From: Balanoglossus misakiensis
Taxonomy: Eukaryota > Animalia > Hemichordata
Direction: 5' to 3'
Assembly (NCBI GenBank): GCA_040954595.2
Contig: CM082579.2
Location: forward strand, 13,145,834-13,209,833
Length of the DNA: 64,000 nt
Positions 22,502-36,800 of the stretch are shown piece by piece. The position numbers and the translations under genes were made by a program. The first letter of the stretch is position 1. Every line of letters begins with the position of its first letter. The notes beneath the pieces are model-generated. The model was not told the DNA's origin and did no database searches. It was given only the letters and a program-made list of their open reading frames with translations.

Positions 22502-24373
22502 CACACGCGATTGTGCCATACCTTGGGCCAAGCTTTGGTGTCCTCAAAGCTTGTGTGAAGGTTTGCAATAAAGGTTTGGCTAAGCTTATTTTCAATAAAG
22601 ATTTGGCAAAGCTTCGTGCCGAAGCACAAGACAAGGTTTGCGCTAAACCTTGGACCAAGGTTACTGTCAAGGCTTTTTAAAATCTTGGTTAACAGAAAGC
22701 TTCAACGAAGCTTTGTTATGAACCTTTATCAAACCTTATTGTACGCCTATCGACAGCCAGTTTTGACCTAATCGCGCGACGTCCGGTGCTGCACGCATGT
22801 CATCGGTCAGCAGCTTAGTTTGACAGGTCATTTTGCAATTTGAGCACGTGAAAGACGTTATTTGTATCAAAACCTTACACCTGCCCTGATTAGTTGATGA
22901 AAAGTTGCAGTTTGCCGACTTCTTCCTCAAAATAAACATACGTTATGAACGAGGATCTATGGGCAAAGGTCATGTGACGTCATGAGATGCAACGTAAACT
23001 CTGGGACTCACGCGATGGATTTTGCCTGGTCGATGTACGTACGGGCTGTACGGCTACAACTATTTCAGAGGTGGGTAATTTCTGACAATGTTGTGTCCGT
23101 GTGTACATGGTGTTAAAATAGTTGGCAAGTGCCTCTCAGAAAACTGGTGTTTTGAACATTGTTTTCGCAAAAAACGACAACATTTATCAACATTACTTCC
23201 GCACGCGCTTTGACTTTGAGTTTGAAACATGTCCGGGCGGGCCGGAGGCGCTCACGACGTTAATCGCGATCGTGTAATGTTTTTTTGAGTGTAGAAATAT
23301 CCACAGATTCTGGAATCAATGTCGCGAAAACAGAGTAATGACAACAGTTAATAATGGAAATATGTACCTAGGTTCGTTTTAAGATGGAATTAGGAATAAT
23401 CGGAATAATGTTTAATTTCTCGTGTGAACTCTTCACCCGGGGCTGATGCGACTCTGTATTCATTTCACACTCAGAGACCCTATGATAATTTTGGCATCGG
23501 GTTCTGTCTTTCGGTCAAACTTGTGTTAAACAGACAGAGCTCTGTTGATGTGTGGTGTGATGTGGTTTAATTATTAAGGCATGCCGAAACAAAACTTTCA
23601 TGATGGGATCAATGATTTTCTTTCTTTTCTTTCTATTTTTTTTCAGAGAGCATATGGTCACCAGGATAACTTGCTTCGGAAAACCAAAACAAGAGACATC
23701 AATAATTTTATCCAATTTTGATTTTATAGTATTGTGATTCTTGTGAGGTTTGTCTTATTGTAACAGTATTGCCTGTATTTATATTGCATGTGTTATTAAT
23801 GTGATATTGGATAATAAAAACAACTTTAAAATTCAAATACATTCATTGCCTGTAGTGTATTATTTGAACATGATTACCTTTATTTTATTTTCATCCAAAT
23901 CAAGTCACAACAAACTCTCCTTGTAACTTTTATACTCATGTGTATCACTACAACTTCATTTAATTTTTGTCGGAATTAAATGAAGTAGCTAGTGATACAC
24001 ATGAGTATAAAAGTTACAAGGAGAGTTTGTTGTGACTTGATTTGGATGAAAATAAAATAAACATCTTCGACAAAGCTTCAAAAATTAAGCTTGTTTAAAG
24101 GTTTGTTTAGTAAAGCATTGTTGAAGGTTTTTTTCACCAAGCTTTGAAGACGCTTTGCAACCCCAACCTTGGCCAAAGATTGGAATTATAAGGTTTCACA
24201 AAGGTTGGTACAGCTTAGGTTCAACTAAGGCTAGTAATAAGAAGCTTCAGCGAAGCATGGCACACGACCCCTTCAGCAAAGGTCGGCACGCAAACTCTTG
24301 TAGCAAGCTTCAACACAAAGCTTATTGCAACATTGTTCCAAGCTTTGTCCAAGGTACTGCACAATCGCGTGTG
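22502..24373. mobile_element. Non-autonomous CACTA/EnSpm-like TIR element (CAC...GTG, TA flanks)
   Basis: TIR CACACGCGATTGTGC-cataccttgggccaagct / agctttgtccaaggtact-GCACAATCGCGTGTG. Subterminal regions are rich in AAGCTT/AAGGTT/AACCTT repeats. No transposase ORF. Confidence 0.8.
23879..24061. repeat. Near-perfect palindrome with ~85-bp arms
   Basis: tttattttattttcatccaaatcaagtcacaacaaactctccttgtaacttttatactcatgtgtatcacta is followed, after a short loop, by its reverse complement. Confidence 0.95.
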
Positions 24374-24875
24374 TAGACTCCGGAAAATATTGGTTATAAT
24401 AAGTATTGGTTATGATATAGGAAAATTATATATAATAGATCAATTTTTCAATATAAACTCAAGTTTTGTGAAATAACATTTCGATTAGTTTTCTTTCCTG
24501 TGACGGTACGGAAATAAACCGTGAAAATGGTTATGACGATTGCCACTTCAATTGGAATGTACTTGGTCGAGCTTGCCATTACAACAATATCAGATTTTAA
24601 CCTTTTTTTTTCGTGAGGTTCATTGTGTTTGTTTGTTTGTTTTTTTGTTTTTGGGGGGCGCCGTATCCAAATATCATAACCAAATTTCAGAGTATGAAAA
24701 CGTCAGATTATAATTACTGTCCACAGTTCAATAGTTCTTGCACAACCTCGAGTCTCCAATGTAGGCTACGTCGTAGAACCCGCTTTTTGGGGAAACGTGA
24801 TTTCTTTGTCTGTGACGACATCATGCATACTCTGGCTCAGCAATCTAAAAAAATGTTGCACCAAAACTTAATATA

Positions 24876-26068
24876 CACTCTAAACTGAAGTGTTCAGCGA
24901 TTGAACACATATTAGCACACATAATTGTAACACTTTTTGAACGCAGTACAAGTGTTCAGTACGAAAAATAGAACGCATGTGTTCAGATATTGAACACATA
25001 GTGTCTTCAGTTTTGAACGCATTACATATGTTCTAAACTTTCATGAAATAGAACACTAGTTACGCGTCAAGCCAATGTAACACTTTTTGAACACAACCTA
25101 AGTGTTCGAAACAAGCTAATAGAATGCATGTGTTCTATAAACCAGACAACATTAGACATTACAAAATTAGACACATACACACATTTACATGAATGAATGT
25201 TAACATTTTAATCAACTTAATGACAAACACAACTTTCTTGAGGACAAATGAAATTGAAAGCTACAGAAAAAATGATCGTTTCTATGAGAAAAAGTACGAT
25301 TGCATTTTGAAGGATGAAACGTGCCAATATTCAATGAAATTCTGCCTCGACAATACTTACGGCAGCAGTCCACAGGCATATGGGCAGTTTTATGTCAAAA
25401 GTGGAACAAAACTCTACAAAATCGACAGTACAGTGATCAGGAAACCGCAGCACCGAAATATCGTCTGACAGCAAAGGCGCCCAACTTGCATTTGATGTGC
25501 GCATGCCCGCCATCTGGATTACCCATAAACCCTTTGGAAATGGGCAACGCTAGTGTTCTGTTTTGTGTCATGTTAGAACACTAGCATTCACAAATTGAAC
25601 GCCACTGTTCGATAAGTGTTTTATCCTGACTTTTTATGTTAAAGTAAAAGGATTAAAGACATTTACGGCATTTTTCTCAGAAGCAATGTGCATGAAAACA
25701 TTCCGAAAGGACAAAACATACATTTGATTGCATTATTGTGTTCACTCATACACATACGTATATTATATGGAGCAAACAACATGTGTTTTCTGTGCGGTTG
25801 GTTTAAGAAGGGGACTGTTGGAAATAAAAACATGTTAAAAGAAATATTGACATGTTTGACATAGAAATAAATGTTGTCTGAATAAAAACAGACGTAAAAT
25901 TGGTGGTAGAATGGTAGCGGTAAACGGTTGAACACATCAATGATATTTCTGAACACATGAGTTCAATAACTGAACACATGTAACGCGTCGAATACGTTCA
26001 GACTGAACGTCCAATGCGTTCAGACTGAACGCATTGGACGCGTCCCAAGCGTCAAAAACTTTAGAGTG
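24876..26068. mobile_element. Non-autonomous CACTA/EnSpm-like element (CACTCTAAA TIR, TA flanks)
   Basis: TA|CACTCTAAA...TTTAGAGTG|TA; many subterminal TGAACAC/GTGTTCA repeats. Confidence 0.75.
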
Positions 26069-28429
26069 TAGCTTTACACAGAATCATTGAAAGATTGTGG
26101 TTACCTTACGTTTGTTCAAGTAGACTTGACACCAAATCTTCTCTGTCACTGGAACTCTACCTTTTGACCCCTATGAAACCTCACTTTCTTTCTTCCGTAT
26201 GGTATCAATAAAACAAGAAAGCCAAGATAAACTTTCACGAGAGAATAGATTTTGTATTTGCAATGACGGCAGTACCGAAAACGAGAACCATTTCATTTTA
26301 CAATGTTAATTGAATAACGTTTTAAATTATCTCCCACCCCCGGTACTCCACTAACCCGAATCTAGATAAATTTGGAATTGTGCCGTATTTATTTCCTCAT
26401 CACAGACTCTCTCGCCAAGCGTAGGCCTACATCATGAACAATTTAGGCAGAAATAATTGGACCACATCAATTACTAGTACATTTTGTTTTCATATAGGTT
26501 GGGCTATGTCTGGGTGGTGCAAGAAGCTGGAAATAAAAATTCGAGTTGATTTTGTTTTGGTTCTGTTAACTTCTTTCTCTGTAAAATCTGAGTAATCGAT
26601 TGACAGAGAATGTTACTGTAAGTCTATTTTCTGAATATGAAGCGGTGGCCTTGAAAAATAGGCCTTGCCTAATAAAGCATTGTTGTTATATGCGGCAAGT
26701 CTGGGCGTTGGAAATCAGGCTTGCTCAGCGTGGCTGGTGTAACCTTTCCACAGGTTACAAAAAGGAGAGTGTAATAATGTCATACACGAGTACGAGCGCT
26801 TTTTCTTCCTCTCTGGGGCTTGGGCCTGGAAGTAAAATCTGAACACTCCATTAGCCCTACGGAACGTTTCAATCAATTTGCTCGTTCCAATCAGTTTATG
26901 TCGAAATGGAAATACTATTCTTAAGATACACTTTCCTCTAACGTGTTTCACCAAAGGGCGAAACACTTAAAACGTTTATCTAACAACGGGAACGATGGCG
27001 AATTTTGTTTCTTCATAACGAGAGTGATGGAACTCTTCGATGATTTGTTTCTATCGGGCCGATGGGCCGATTACCGGAAGACACGTCACCACAAGAGGGC
27101 GCACTATGCAGGCTACTCGGGAAAGCTCTCGAGGAAAGCTCTGAAAGAATGCATGAAAACCAAAAGAATTTGTCCGCTCAATTCAATACAACGCAGTAAC
27201 GTGACCCATATCACCTCTTTGTTTTAAAGCAGTGGTGTGTTTACGCATGTACGTACACATTCAATGACAATGGTGTTTGCAAGGAAAACTTGACAAAATA
27301 AGTCAATTGTATTCATTTCTATATTTCTAGAAAATCATGAAAACATTTTGGTAATATGTACATAATATATCATCTTACTCGAAGGCACACAAGCAATGAA
27401 CAACACGTTGTCCCCTCGTTTATATAGCTCAAACTTTTCACTTTTAGTAATTTTGCTTAGTGTATCTGCTGTTTCTAATTCCAGAAAGTGTTTTATCAAT
27501 ATAGTCACATGAATACTGTTCATGCAGTCACTGATCACGCGCCCCTAAGTGTCCAGTGTTTTATAGATATAGCTGAAACAGTTCGAGTTTGCCGTTGCCG
27601 TCACCAAAAACCAGAAAAAAGGGGCGACGCGCTGTCATTCAAGTGACGCGGGCGCTGACCAGAAGCATTTCATTTTTTTTTTGCCTGATCAGATGATTTT
27701 GTCTCTTATTTGTTTTTTGGATAATATTGTCTAAGTTGTCTAAGGCAGAGCGTGTCAGAAGCATGCGCAACATGTGTAATTTGACAAAGTGTGGCGCTTT
27801 GAAAGGCATGTCATTGATGTCAGTGCATCCATGCAAATTTGATTGTTTATATGCATGGTTGTATAACAGTGGTGACATGGTAAAGAATTTGACCAATCAA
27901 AAATAACTTTATGAGAGAGTGCTGCATAACTTCGCAATCTTGGAAGGCTGTTCCTGATTGGTGAGGGTTTTTGACAGCTCAATCTGCATGCTACCAACAA
28001 CTGTATTCTGTTTGCTTCACCTGTTGTTTTATCCTTTACACCTCTTTACGATGTCATTTTCACTTCTGTCTATTTAGCATATCGCTCAAGGTATTTGCAC
28101 AACAATAAAACCTTGTCGTTAATGTTCAGTTCGTTTATCGTTCTTCCTTCTGTCTACACGCCTTCATATTCGTTCCGCAACCATTCCCTAGCTTTAGATT
28201 TTTTCTCGATTTATTAGTTTTTAGTTTAGTTTTATTGCATTTCCCAGTTCATTTTCATTATCATATTTCATAGTTTAGATCAGTATTAGTTAGATATAGA
28301 ATTTTTTTTCATTCAGTTATCGTTTACAGTCGCATTTCTTTCAAATTTCTTAGTCATTTAGTTAGATAGATAAGTTTATTATAGTTCCGTTTATTATAGA
28401 TTTTTAGTTAGTATGTTTTTCTTATTTCA

Positions 28430-28568
28430 GATTAGTTTTAGTATTAGTATTTTTAGTTGGTTAGTAAGTTAGTTAGATAGTTAGTTACTTAGTAGTTAGT
28501 TAGTAAGTTAGTAAGATAGTTAGTTGCTTAGTAGTAAGTTAGTTAGTAAGTTAGTTAGATACTTAGTC

Positions 28569-28623
<55 letters not shown>

Positions 28624-28630
28624 TAGTTAT
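28430..28630 (+). repeat. (TTAG)n microsatellite
   Basis: Direct observation. Confidence 0.95.
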
Positions 28631-30945
28631 AGTTTCAATATTAGTTTTTCTTCGGATTTGTTGCTGTCCCTGGGCCAAAAGATTGAAGTAAGTATAATAT
28701 ATATTGTTAATGATTTTTCCTTGTGTTTGCGCGCAACTTCCCATAGGTAGCTGCCAGGTCCCTATATTATATGTTCTGGTTCGCGTTGTGCATGACATAT
28801 CCGTCTTGTACCAAGAGAATCCATAAGAAAGTAGGTTGTAAAGAAAGAACGGCATGTTTTTTGTTGCGACAATTTGCCATGTTTTCTGCTTGAATTAGGC
28901 CTACGTGTTGGAATAATGGCAGATGGACGTATTCGACATTGAGTGCAGAAATGCAAAAATAATACATGGTTCAAAGCAGCAAGTCGGACCAATTGATATC
29001 ATAAGAATGTCAAGATTTACATGAAGCCTATAGGCCCACCAGGGCCTCTTTAATTGACTATCTCCATACAGTAGAACTAATTACATGGTCTAAACATTAG
29101 CGTCGAATGAAATAGAAAGTAAACAAAGTATTGAGGCACACCGTACACCATGAATAGATCCACGTGGAAGACAGCAGCCGAGTATAAATTACAATCTGTA
29201 CAAGCGCTTTCAATTTGTCTTTTCCCATAGGATTGCTAGAAAACCCACGTCTGCTATTGTCATTTTCATGAACGTTTAGGTCTACCCATAGCTCAGTCAA
29301 ATGAATTAAAATTGAATGGTAGAAAACAATTGAATAGCCAACGTGCTCAATTTCGAGATAAACTCCGTTGAATATTTTCACCCATGGGTAAAACGGAAAA
29401 CTGTTGCCTCGGTAGTTTTTATTTTTATTATGATCGACTAATCTCACGGCCTTGAATTTCAAAACCAAGCACGTTTTAACCCCCTGCAATTTATTAGCGA
29501 TCGAAAAAATGCTTACAAAGGAGAATAAACAACCAGCAACTTGTAAAGAGAAGTGACAAGACTTTCAATTTGACGAATATTCACGCATTAGTATTCTCGC
29601 GTACTTGCTCCGTGTCTACAGCATTTGCCACAAATGACAAATGAGCGAAATTCACTTTCCTGCTAACCATGTTTGGAAATATTTATTAGTGGCTTTCGCT
29701 GTCCAGCCGCCATTTTATAGTGTCACTGTCTACATTTTAGGGCTATTTTTCACCGTCCACTGAATGATGACGGAGCTCAGCGAGTGCCCTCGAGCGATAT
29801 GTTTTCCAGTCTTAGAATATCCAAACGAAAACACACCAAGTTTTCTGCCAGTTGTTTGTATTTTAATTTTCTGGCGTTGAACAAGCCGCAATGACTGTGT
29901 CTCGGACTATTTTGCAGACACACATGTTAAACTAGGTTGTCGGTATTGACAGTCCCATAAATAATATGGTATCGACCAGTGCAGGCCCACGTTCCCGTCC
30001 GCAGTTCATTTTCAACTTGAAAATTATTTTTTATAGTACAGTATTATAATATTATAACCGGAGCACGCCCTCAACAGGGTTGACCTTTGGCCTGTCAAAA
30101 AAGCACTCGAGCGCCATGACTCATGAGACTGTGCGTCGACCAGAAGTAATATTTATATTGATTTATTGTGTCTTCAACTTGAGTCATGTCGAGCTGAATC
30201 AAGGAGTCATGGTCCAAGCAATGATGAGACAGGTAGAATACAGTTTTCAGCCACGATATGATGTGATACACGACTAAACCCAAACGCAGATGCAGAATCG
30301 TAGCTCGAGGTTTTACCTTGTGAGTATACATGTAGTGTAGAATGTGTGTATTGACGGAAACATTTAGACGCCGTCCACACACAATTCCAGGTTAAAATCC
30401 GCATGCATGTTAGTAAAACTCTGTAGTATGGACAGTTATAGCCCTGCGTACAGGTCTGTGTGTTCCAGGCGTTACACGGGGCTAAGACAGTGAGTAATAT
30501 TATGGCGAAGTATGCCCCCTGATATTGCCATTGGCCCTCGAATAAACATCTCATATTTTTCTATGTTTCTCAGTGTGTTGACCAATAAGGCGGGTACGTT
30601 TACACCTTTGGTTATAATCCAGCAACAGGCTTGGTTTGGCATGCATATGTGCCTGGTGAAATTCCTCCAACACCTCTTCAGGCCCTAAATAAATAATGTT
30701 CGCTCTCTTAGACAGCTTCAAGTTGTGATTATAATGGTGGGCCTGTAATTCCTCATTATTATATAACCAGTAAAATAGTACAATTTACTGTCTCAGACCT
30801 GGACAATTTACACCGTTATCAATATTCAATTTGCAAGTAAGCTTACATGAAAACGAGGAAACAGACCTGTGGTATGATACCACTTTATTTGAAATAATTA
30901 AATTTGTTTTTTATCATCCTTGATGTCATTTCATTATTTTTAGAT

Positions 30946-33834
30946 ATGTGGGAATACCATTCCGCAAAGTTCAGAACAATCCGGCTCCAGCGAACCGAAG
31001 AGAGCTATAAGGTATATTAATTTTGAAATACAATTTAGAATTTACAAACAAATATATTTAGTTTCGGATTTAATATTACCGATAACCGAGAAATTGATGA
31101 CAATTTTATCAAGGAGTCTGCGTATTCACGCATGTAGAATTTCTGTTGGAACAGATTTCTGAATGTCGCTGACTATGCAAAATCCCAATTATGCTGACAA
31201 TGTAAAATTCCAATTCTAAATGAAGAAATTCTACGTCATGCGTGAATACGCAGTCACCAGATTCAATCTGACTATCTGTAAGTCAACGTTATGAAATCGA
31301 ATTGTTGCACTGAAAAATGGAAAGTTGAATTGTGAAATCAAATTTTAAACTAAGAAATGGAATGTTGAATAGAAATAAGAATAGCAAAATGAGGAGTTGT
31401 AATTTTGTCATGGATTGTCACACCATAGACTGCCAACACTCTCTTGAACAATGCTGCAAAGTCTTCTCAATTGATACACACATGGCAACCAGCAATCAGC
31501 CAGCAGTTTTCTGAAGTAAAATGGGCTAAAAAATGATTCTTTTAATGGCCATAATATCATGTGACCTAGTATGCATAATGATGTTGTACTATGCACCAGC
31601 CTGTTCCTCCATGTCATTGTTTCAAAATATAAACTTTAAGAATTTTAGGACGTTGATAATTGACACCATGCTGCAATTCCTGAAAGTGTCTCTTATAATC
31701 CTAAATGAATATATTCTTCCTATTTCATATACAGAGAATTAGGCAGAGACAGAGTGCTCTTAACAGAATAGGAGCAAGGGAAGAAAGACTGACAACATTG
31801 CGATGCATGGTAAGTGATTCACAACAATTGCAAAAAACCTGAAACTGAATTCTCTTTTATTTGTAACCCAGAAATAGCCAAACACATTTTGTTCACACAT
31901 GGCACAAGGACTATGTGGTTTTAAAGCTACCATATAATTAACAGAGTGTCTGTCCTCCTATGTCTGTCATCCTGCATGTTCATACAAGTTCAATCACGTG
32001 ATACAGAGGTTCTGTTCGATTATTTTTCCTTTGCATACTTCAATATGCATTCAGAATTTACTTTGCCTAAATGTAACAATATTGCCTTGGGTAGGCATTT
32101 GAAAGCCTGAAAAGAACACCACCGTACCGGTACATTATTACAAAGATTTCTATATATCAATGCCATGTTACCTGAGTGAAAATTGTAACATTTCTGTGCA
32201 TTTCTGCATTATTTTTATCTTGTAAGCCTCGCTGAATACAATTTGCAAATTTGCACTTGTGGTGTATGCATCCTTCATTATCTTTGTGTAATTATGGTCA
32301 GACATTTTGAAATGCGCAGGATTTTGCATTAATGGAACCACTGATGATACTTCTAACCTTTATGCCATGGCAATCATGAATGTAACTGTAGCCATATTGT
32401 ACAGACTTTATGTAACAAATCATTTGTTGTCTTACTGATGTTTTCTGTCCAAGTTTTTAAGCATTGTTCAATCAGATTCTGCAATGATGGAAACAAACGA
32501 ATTTGTGCTACATTCTGGCAAATGGGGATAAAGCTAATACCAGTATGAATTTATGAGTGCCTGAGAAGGCTATCTGTGACATGGGTGTACTGTACGATCG
32601 AGTTGCACATTCATGGGCATTCAAATACATAACAGCGCCCTCTAGCGGCTGGCTGTGACGATGTTTTTAAATTTGAACAACCTATATAGGCTCACGAGCA
32701 TCAACAGTAAAAGCAACATGAAAGAAATATTGGTATTTTTGTCAGAAACTTTGCATAATTATAATTTTCGAGTAAATTATATATTTATCCCCTGAAACTA
32801 ATAACACAAGTATTATGGCACGAGTTATTGGACTTCATTTACTCTGACTTTGATCAACAATTTTAAAGTAATAATTTGAAGTCCATATGTAAATTGGATC
32901 AAGTATTTGTGGTCCTTTAAAAATGTGCTTATCTTGGGTTTTATAATGTACCTTGATCCATCATTCAATACTCAGTAATGTGTCATTGACCGAAATGGCA
33001 TGACATTGACAGTTTTCAACATTTCAGTTTCAATGATTTGCTAATTCTCTTTATTGTATAATTTGATCTAGGTAAAGGATCCTCTACAAGATCCCCCAGG
33101 AAAGCCCAATGTAAGTAGCTTTGGTTTTTCTGACCTCTTAGTCATGTGTGCTTTCATACAATGTTTAAAGGGAAGCGGTTGTCGCGCTGCGTGGGTGTCC
33201 CCCCTGATGAGAATACGTCTTCCCATACCTGCACAAACCTCACTGCAGTCACCACAACCAGGATCTTCAGTTGCTACGGTTGGCTGCTTCGTTCATTCTA
33301 GGAATTATTTAATTTCAGGGATCTAATGTCTATCAACAAACAATCACAGCGCGCTGACCCCTTCACTTTAAAGTGCTACAATATTACGCAAAATTTCAAT
33401 ACGTGCAAGATCTGTGTTTGGTATAGTAGGTGCATTATCACTTAACAGTTGTATTTTTACTTTCCAGCTCTATGAGGTTAACTGGCAATGGCTGCTGATC
33501 GCAGTTGCTGTTGTAGCAGTGGTGTGTTGTGTTTTCGTAAGTATGGGCACATTAAACTGTTATGGCAATTATGTATGTATGTAAGTATTTGCGTGTGTAT
33601 GTACTATGTATGTGTGTGTATGAATTTATGTATGTATATAAGTATGTATGTATGTATGTATGGAAGTATGTACAAACCTATTTGTGTGTGCATGTATGTA
33701 GGCATGCATGCATGCATGCATGTATGAATGTATGTGTGTAGGTATGTATGTATGTATGTATGTATGTATGTGCATGCGTGCATGTGTGCGTGCGTGCGTG
33801 CTTACACATGCATGTATGTATATGTATGGATGTA

Positions 33835-33867
<33 letters not shown>

Positions 33868-36800
33868 ATGTATGTATGTATGTATGTATGTATGTGCATG
33901 CGTGCATGTGTGCGTGCGTGCGTGCGTGCGTATACATGCATGTATGTATGTATGGATGTATGTATGGATGGATGGATGGATGGATCTTATGTGGTGCACC
34001 TGACTTTGACAGTACCTGTGTGCGAACGTTAGAAGCAGTCATCCTGGGCATGGCTGACCAGAAATTTGTGCAAGGCGGCGGCCAGTACCTGACCCCTTGC
34101 CTTTTAGCTGGCACAGCCAGCAGTGGGAATGGGGTAGGGGAGCAGGCCAGGAACAAGACACTGGAAACATTTCTTCTACAGGCAATGTTTAAAGCTTGTT
34201 TTGTTTTTTCCTCAGGTTCAGCACAAGCACATTGAAGAGAAAAAGTTATCGTTGGAAGAACTTACAAAGACCTTTCACAGGCAGAAAATGATCCTTCTGA
34301 GGAAACAAGAACGGCTACAAATCAAAATAGAATGGATCTCACAAAACGAGGCAATGTTACATGATTTTACGAAACTGGCCGATACTTTCAAGACATTGGA
34401 GCAGGAGACAAGGTAGGTGTGGCGTACACTTGTATGTGTAAAGTTGAATATATCGCAGTACATGATCCTTCAGTGGCACCTTTGTGAGAACAAAAATTAA
34501 GCGGTCTAATTATGTGGTCAGAACCATAATATTCACATTTTATATTTTGCACAATTTTCATTTCAATCAGAGCGCACTCATATTATTTGCACATTGTACA
34601 TGTGGTATCTCATGACAGTAGTCATCATGTACCGCATGACTGGTTGGCCCAGTCTCAAGCAGTTCAAAAATAATGTACACTCAAAAGAAATATGGTCTTA
34701 GAGTTTTTGTGCCAACCAAAATGAAACGGTTTAATTATGTGGAAGTCATTTTGTCAACAGTCACTCAGTGTAAAAAAAGAAATTAAAGCAGTGAAAATGC
34801 TCTGAGTACGTCGACAGAGTTGCATCACCCAGGAAAAACGAAGTCGTCAAAATGCGCCCAAATGACAAATAAAGTGGTCTGGCTGCAAATCGCCTCAGCC
34901 AAATTTTGTATAAATTGGGTCCATATAAATGAAAATTGCGTCCACCAAAATTGAAAAGGTGTCTGCAAATATTATAGTAGTTCTGACCCAGAATTTGAAT
35001 TGTGGTTGGCGTGTAGGGGCCAATATGGTCCATTGCATTTTCTCATCAGGGGCCACCCCTGTTTGTATGTATATTGGCCAGACTTTTGAAAACAACATAT
35101 TTGGATCAAACCACCAATGTGGTGAAAGAAGTAAATGAACAGCATTGAAGAGTTATGTGTCTTTTAAATTGCGTCTTTTTCAATAATGTCTTAGCTTTCA
35201 TTTGTATGTGTGTATATACCAAGAATGTGGCAGTTTCTTGAAGAGGGTGCACATACGTGTCTAACAATTTTGGAAATCACTGAAAATAACCCGTAAATTG
35301 CTGAAATATGAGTCAGTTTGAGCCCATGAGTCTTGTGCATACTATCAACTACTGTGGAACAGGTTATTTTCGCGAGCAAAAAATACGCGAAATATAGTTG
35401 TGAAAGAACAATGTGCATGAGAATGTGAAAATTAATTCTCGCTTAACAGTTGCCTCTCTCAACATCGCGAAAAATTTCAACTCGCGAAAATAACATGTTT
35501 TACAGTATCTCTAATGTTGTAATGTCTTGGGTTTCTTTCAGCTGGGATAATCTGCAGCATGAAAAAAACAAGAACGAGTACCACCAACATTTTGAACAAA
35601 TGGATGAGGCACTGACCGCTTTCAGCCAAAAAGCCAGAGTGTTGAAAACGTGGTGGAAAGATGCTGCTGAAAGGTACGGTGAATCTTGACCCCTATGTGA
35701 CCTTTACATCCTTGCATTTTGTTGGCATGATTTAATCATTTTGAGTTCAAACTCTGGATCAGCCAACCTTACACACTGAATCTGTGCATATAGTTGTAAA
35801 TCATCCCAAAACAAAATGTTGTGTGTAATGTTGAAACATGTGCCAACAAAACACGGGTGTTTCTAAAACTTGTAATGAGCAGAACCTACAGTAATGACCA
35901 ATGATGACCTTGAAATAGATAGAATGATTGATAAGGAGCAATAATGACCAAAAATTTGGTCAAAACTCAGTAACTGAACAACTACTAGTCAGATTGATTT
36001 GCAAATTTGTGTGTATTTACCAGTACTCTATTGCTGAAGAAGAAAATATAAATTGTTCATCGGAATCACTGCTTATTCTACTTTGGCTGTTTTGGAATTT
36101 ATTTTTTGGATTGTGGCAAATTCTTACTTCTGCATTACAAATATTCTTAGTACTGCCTTTGGTGGCACCCTACACTTTCTCATGTGTTCACAGGCAAAGC
36201 ATTTTGAATTAGACTTCCAACCTGTTTTGAGTGAGTTGAGCGCCAATACGTTGTTGTGATGTAAATATTTGGCAAATGACAATTCAAAGGGGGTAGATTT
36301 GGGCAGAAATTTCTTCGTTCTATTAGTAAAGGTTGGTTCATGTCACATAATGAGAATTAACCAACATTCGACGTGACAGCGAACATTTACCGTAGTTTGC
36401 CGGGTAAGAGCCCCTGCTCGGACAAACGCCCCCCCCTGGTTTTAGGGCCCATTTGTAGATCGAGGCCATATCCGGTCTAAAGCCCCCCCCCCCCCCCCCC
36501 CCCGGCCGAATATCCATTAAATTCTTGGAGCTGCTTCAGTCCGTCCTCGACGCGAAACACCCAACATTGGAAGATCCCGACTTGGACTCGGAGAATGAAC
36601 CACTCAAAAATTTGCATAAAAGTCGAGGTGGCCATCCCTCATTTGCATAAATCTCGAGGCCATATCCGGGCTAAAGCCCCCCCCTGTTTTTTCGCTAATC
36701 TGTTGGCCCAGCACCCGGGGCTCTTACCCGGCAAACTACGGTAGTTCCAAAGTTCAGTGATTTGTTTAACAAGATTGTGACAGCAGATGGTTGGTGCATC

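Noticed and set aside
5178-22680. Numerous 63-164 aa ORFs (MFYASQRN.../MQITRRR...)
   Set aside because: Artefacts of a 127-bp (non-triplet) satellite that shift frame every unit.
30170-30231. Possible upstream coding exon of the host gene
   Set aside because: Has a donor site, but the phase does not fit the 20-nt candidate exon and the acceptor is weak; left out of the model.
33488-34235. His/Thr- and Met/Tyr/Val/Cys-rich ORFs
   Set aside because: Translations of a TATG/TGCG microsatellite within an intron.
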